A DNA stretch of 64,000 nucleotides from Candidatus Zhuqueibacterota bacterium (GTDB lineage Bacteria > Zhuqueibacterota > Zhuqueibacteria > Thermofontimicrobiales > Thermofontimicrobiaceae): assembly GCA_049322915.1 (NCBI GenBank), contig JBMOPW010000027.1, forward strand, positions 1,558-65,557, given 5' to 3'. Made by a program: the position numbers and the translations under genes. Below are positions 60,536 through 64,000 of the stretch, one piece after another. The notes under the pieces were generated by a model. That model made no database searches. It saw only the letters and a list, made by a program, of their open reading frames with translations, and was not told the origin of the DNA. Numbering within the stretch: position 1 is the stretch's first letter; the number at the start of each line of letters is the position of its first letter.

Positions 60536-60663
60536 AACGATCTTTCTTCATCATAAAATGGCAGGTGAAAATTGCGCTGGCAGTGGCGTCAGCGCAATCA
60601 CTTCCGGTAATTCCGTCCAGAATCCATCACCGACTCCAATGGAGTGAACCATTGTTTCGGATG

Positions 60664-61857
60664 TCAAATGAGTTCGACAGCCTGAATCGAACGGACAATT
60701 TGATCCACCCGTTTTTCCAGGTCGCCGGTGTAGCCAATGGCGATGCGCAGCAGGCCGGGGGAGAGGCCCATCCGTTCCTGGTCATTTTCTGAAATCTCTG
60801 ACGAAGTGGACGAGCCGGAACAGCTCATCAACGTATCGAAATAGCCCAGAGAGACGGCGATGAATCCGAATCGTTCTTTGTTCTGCAAAATCGACATCAA
60901 CTGCTCGGCTTTCTTCCGCGTCTTACAATCGATGGTGAGCAGGCCGCTGTAGCCGTATCCCTGGTTCATCATGGAAGTGAACAGCGCGTGCTGCGGATGG
61001 TCGGGCAGACCGGGGTAGGTCACGGCGACGCCGATTTCCATCAATTTGCGGGCGATGGTCATGGTGCGCCGGCCATGCTCGCGCATCCGAATGGCCAGAT
61101 GCGGCAGCCGTTGAATGAGATCGAAAGCGACGCGGGGATCCATGGTCGGGCCTAACAGCATCACGCGGCCGGTGTGCAGGTCCATGAGTTCGTAGATGAA
61201 ATTTTGGGTCCCGCAAATCGCTCCGGCAATGACGTCGCTGGCGCCGTTGATGAATTTCGTCATTGAGTACACAACAATATCGGCGCCCAATCTGGCCGGA
61301 GAAATGACCATCGGCGTGAACGTATTGTCAACGACGAGTTTCAGCCCCCGGGATTTTGCCAGCGCTGACAGCGCCGGGATGTCCGAGACTTTGAGTGTCG
61401 GATTGCCCAATGTCTCCGTATACAGCACTTTGGTGTTGGGCCGAATGGCCGCTTCGAACTCTTCGGTTTGGGTCGGATTGACAAAGGTCGTGGTGATTCC
61501 CAACTGAGGTAACAGGTCGTTCATCAGCGCGTGCGTCCCGCCGTAGACCGTGTCGCTGGAAACGATGTGGTCGCCGCTTTTACAAATCTGGAGCAGCGCG
61601 CAAGAGATGGCGGACATGCCGCTGGCCGTGCTCACGCAGGACTCTGTCCCTTCCATAGCCGCCAGATAGCGGTCCAGAACATCAACGGTGGGATTGAAAT
61701 GGCGGCTGTACAGAAAGCAGCCCCCTTTGTCCGGGCCGCGCACGCCCTGAAAAATTTCCGGCATGGTTCCCGGTTCCATCACAGTGAAGGTGGCGGAGCG
61801 CTCGATAGAAGGCGTCACGCCGCCGTGTTCACCGAACTCGCGTTGTGTATTATTCAT
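60664..61857 (-). CDS. Cys/Met-metabolism PLP-dependent enzyme (methionine gamma-lyase / O-acetylhomoserine sulfhydrylase family)
   Basis: PLP-lysine motif SMTKFINGASDVIAG. Family-wide conservation. Confidence 0.8.
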   Translation of the reverse strand: MNNTQREFGEHGGVTPSIERSATFTVMEPGTMPEIFQGVRGPDKGGCFLYSRHFNPTVDVLDRYLAAMEGTESCVSTASGMSAISCALLQICKSGDHIVSSDTVYGGTHALMNDLLPQLGITTTFVNPTQTEEFEAAIRPNTKVLYTETLGNPTLKVSDIPALSALAKSRGLKLVVDNTFTPMVISPARLGADIVVYSMTKFINGASDVIAGAICGTQNFIYELMDLHTGRVMLLGPTMDPRVAFDLIQRLPHLAIRMREHGRRTMTIARKLMEIGVAVTYPGLPDHPQHALFTSMMNQGYGYSGLLTIDCKTRKKAEQLMSILQNKERFGFIAVSLGYFDTLMSCSGSSTSSEISENDQERMGLSPGLLRIAIGYTGDLEKRVDQIVRSIQAVELI

Positions 61858-62114
61858 TGCATCTTCGGGATTGAAATGTTGCATAGGTAAATCTCCTTAT
61901 TGAATTCCTCATGTTGTTGATTTGGTGGAGTAATATACAAAATATTTCCAAAGATTGAAAATGAAAAATAAAATTTCTTGAAAAAAGATTTCTGAGAAAT
62001 ATAATTCAGTGGAATCAATGTTTCATGAAATTCAAGTCAGGAGGCGTACGTGACACAGACAGTCGGTTCAAACAGAAACAGCAGCTTCGCCAGCCAATTC
62101 CAATGATTCTCATT

Positions 62115-64000
62115 TCACTTCGGCCATTGCTTGCTTCCGTCGTCCGAACCGATGAATCGGACATCCGCTTTGCGAGATTCCGGTTCGATTTGAAAATTGA
62201 CCAGCGCGCCGTCTTGCAACTCTGCCTGAATTGTCGTCCGTCCCGGCGCGTGAAGCTTGAACGAGACATTCCAGTCAGCCGGCCAGGCAGGGAAGAGCAG
62301 GATATCATCGCCATCGGCTTGAAGCAGCATCGCCTGCACGCAGATCAGAATGTTGCTGCCGTGATCCTGGTCCGGAATCCAGTCGTAATTCGGGCCCCAG
62401 AACGCCGGGAATCGGCTCCCCGGGTGATGCGCTGCGGCGCGTTTGACGAGATGGGCCCTGGCCGAATCCGCAATTCCCAGGAACGCGGCGTTCACATCGT
62501 ACTGACACCAGCCATTGGCAAATTTGATTCGCGCGTTGACATAGCTATTTTTCATGCGTTCCAGATCCGGCTTGCCAACGCCGAAGAACCGATAGGGGAA
62601 TATGGCATAGAATTCCGGATTCTCGATGTTGTGCGGTTCAGCGAAAATTTTCCCGGCCGGGAGAACCACATCCTTCCCCTGATGTTGGCCAAGCGGGATG
62701 TCGGGCAACTGTTCGGCAATGGTTGTGAAGAACGCCGCCTGGTCCGGCGTGAACAATTCCCCCGGCAGTTTCAGCAATTCAGCCAGATTCCATCGCAGAC
62801 CGGCAATGGCGGATGTTGGATTTTCAGCGTCCCAGAATGTCTCCAGCGCCTGCGACGGATAGATGCGGATTTTCCCGGCCTCATCCCGCGGGTAATGCAG
62901 CGCATAAAATAAAATGACCTGATGGGCGAACGGCAGAAGGATGTCCCGGGCAAATTTTTCATCGAGGGTATGGCGGTAGTATTCCAGCATCATGGCGGAA
63001 ATTTCGAGACCGCCCTGATAATAATAGCGAATGTACTGGTTTTCAATGTGCGTGAATGGCGTGGGCGACGTGTTCCAGCCGAAATTATCCATCACATAGG
63101 ATCCCCAGAAATACATGGTTTCCGGAAAGAACGCGCCGTCGTGCCCGTAGTAACGCCGGGTGACAGCCCGGGCATAGGGCAAAGCGTTGCTGTACATCCG
63201 GAACAGGGGCGCCATGAGTTCATAATCACCGGCGTGCAATATGGGCCAGTAAATCAGCCGCGTATTTTGCAGCCAGAAAGGACCGCCCCAGCGCCGGTAA
63301 TCGGCATCGAACCGGGAATCGGCCTGCATCGAATCCACAGTGAACAGCGAGCCATTGAATTTCTGCGGGTGAACGCCCCGGCCGGCGCAGCCGCTGATGA
63401 ATCGCTGCAGCGCGTAACTGCGGCTGACGGCCACGGCTTCCGGCGAACCATCGATGAAAATCCAGCTTCGTTCCCAGAAATCCCTCCAGTACGCGCGATG
63501 GGCGATTCTGGCTTCCTCGGCGGGAATCGCTTCGGCGCGCCGGGCAATCTCATGAATCTGATCCTTCCAGTCGTCGAGCGAACGGCATTGACGGGTGTGC
63601 GCATAAATGCAGACGTGAAATGAGCGCGCCGGCCGTTCCGACGCCAGTTCCGTGGGTGACGCCGACACCATGCTGTCGCCGGTGATGAGTCCGCCAAATG
63701 TGTTGTCCAGCAGGGGATCGGTCGCCGTCCCGGCCCATTCGCCCATGCCCTGGCGCGTCAGCGTCTCCCGCCAGATGGACGTGTTGTTGCGATAGGCCCA
63801 GAGGATTTCGTTTTGCTGGCCGGTCAGCACCGTGTCCGGCTGAACCATGACCGGAAACGGGGCATTGATCAGACCGTAGGCGGTGTGCAGTTCAGTCCCG
63901 GTCAGTTGCCTCGCCCGGGTGCGCCAGATGCGCAGACTCGTCGTCACCGAGACCGGCCGGGTGCTCTCAGCCGAAACATGAATGACCGGATGATTCGCAT
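62115..64000 (-). CDS. GH95-like six-hairpin glycoside hydrolase (N-terminus beyond window edge)
   Basis: WLQNTRLIYWPILHAG resembles the GH95 NxNLQMNYWP catalytic region. The ORF likely continues past position 64000. Confidence 0.4.
   Translation of the reverse strand, partial: ANHPVIHVSAESTRPVSVTTSLRIWRTRARQLTGTELHTAYGLINAPFPVMVQPDTVLTGQQNEILWAYRNNTSIWRETLTRQGMGEWAGTATDPLLDNTFGGLITGDSMVSASPTELASERPARSFHVCIYAHTRQCRSLDDWKDQIHEIARRAEAIPAEEARIAHRAYWRDFWERSWIFIDGSPEAVAVSRSYALQRFISGCAGRGVHPQKFNGSLFTVDSMQADSRFDADYRRWGGPFWLQNTRLIYWPILHAGDYELMAPLFRMYSNALPYARAVTRRYYGHDGAFFPETMYFWGSYVMDNFGWNTSPTPFTHIENQYIRYYYQGGLEISAMMLEYYRHTLDEKFARDILLPFAHQVILFYALHYPRDEAGKIRIYPSQALETFWDAENPTSAIAGLRWNLAELLKLPGELFTPDQAAFFTTIAEQLPDIPLGQHQGKDVVLPAGKIFAEPHNIENPEFYAIFPYRFFGVGKPDLERMKNSYVNARIKFANGWCQYDVNAAFLGIADSARAHLVKRAAAHHPGSRFPAFWGPNYDWIPDQDHGSNILICVQAMLLQADGDDILLFPAWPADWNVSFKLHAPGRTTIQAELQDGALVNFQIEPESRKADVRFIGSDDGSKQWPK

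Noticed and set aside
1-64000. CRISPR arrays, rRNA and tRNA genes, integrases or transposases.
   Set aside because: No regularly spaced direct repeats, rRNA signature sequences, tRNA cloverleaves or transposase/integrase ORFs were found anywhere in the window.

Overview
Bacterial chromosomal window at roughly 55% GC with a dense complement of housekeeping genes and no integrase, transposase, CRISPR array, rRNA or tRNA. DUF1573, BNR/sortilin, LEA_2 and several URO-D-family genes suggest an uncultured anaerobe, possibly of the FCB group, but this is a guess.

Layout, left to right:
- Sugar locus on the plus strand: rhamnulokinase, GH78 alpha-L-rhamnosidase and a GH37 trehalase-like enzyme, next to a divergently encoded sigma-54 activator with a GAF domain.
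- Sulfate ABC transporter sbp-cysTWA, then an outer-membrane beta-barrel, an alpha-galactosidase-like glycoside hydrolase, a DUF1573-rhodanese protein and a thioredoxin-CcdA/DsbD-like membrane protein.
- Minus-strand operon: ECF sigma factor, HEAT-repeat anti-sigma factor and two DUF4097 proteins.
- An orphan 207-aa hypothetical, a MerR/GyrI-like regulator with a 19-bp-spacer promoter, and hsp20 behind a near-consensus sigma-54 promoter.
- Macro-domain protein, thioesterase and fbp; an AI-2E transporter coupled to a cNMP-binding protein; an EnvC-like M23 peptidase.
- Conserved housekeeping run holB-PSP1-metG-tatD-rsmA-mgtE-recO.
- A very AT-rich ~1.4-kb island with two secreted/membrane proteins of unknown function, inserted before glyQS.
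- A SatD-SatE-URO-D operon.
- A peroxiredoxin whose peroxidatic cysteine codon is an in-frame TGA, predicted to be selenocysteine.
- An NTF2-like lipoprotein, a second URO-D paralog, a deoxyhypusine-synthase-like protein, a HAD hydrolase, a solo Mrr restriction enzyme and a C69 dipeptidase.
- A 1089-aa BNR/sortilin protein, a PP2C phosphatase and a 740-bp ORF-free AT-rich region with repeated GCTTCAG hairpins.
- Minus-strand cluster LOG, nitrilase, LEA_2, third URO-D paralog and a Cys/Met-metabolism PLP enzyme, then a partial GH95-like hydrolase at the window edge.

Most notable non-genic signal: a ~140-nt element present in two copies about 31 kb apart, each in the 5' leader of an unrelated gene.

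Many long antisense ORFs in the six-frame track are GC-driven artefacts.
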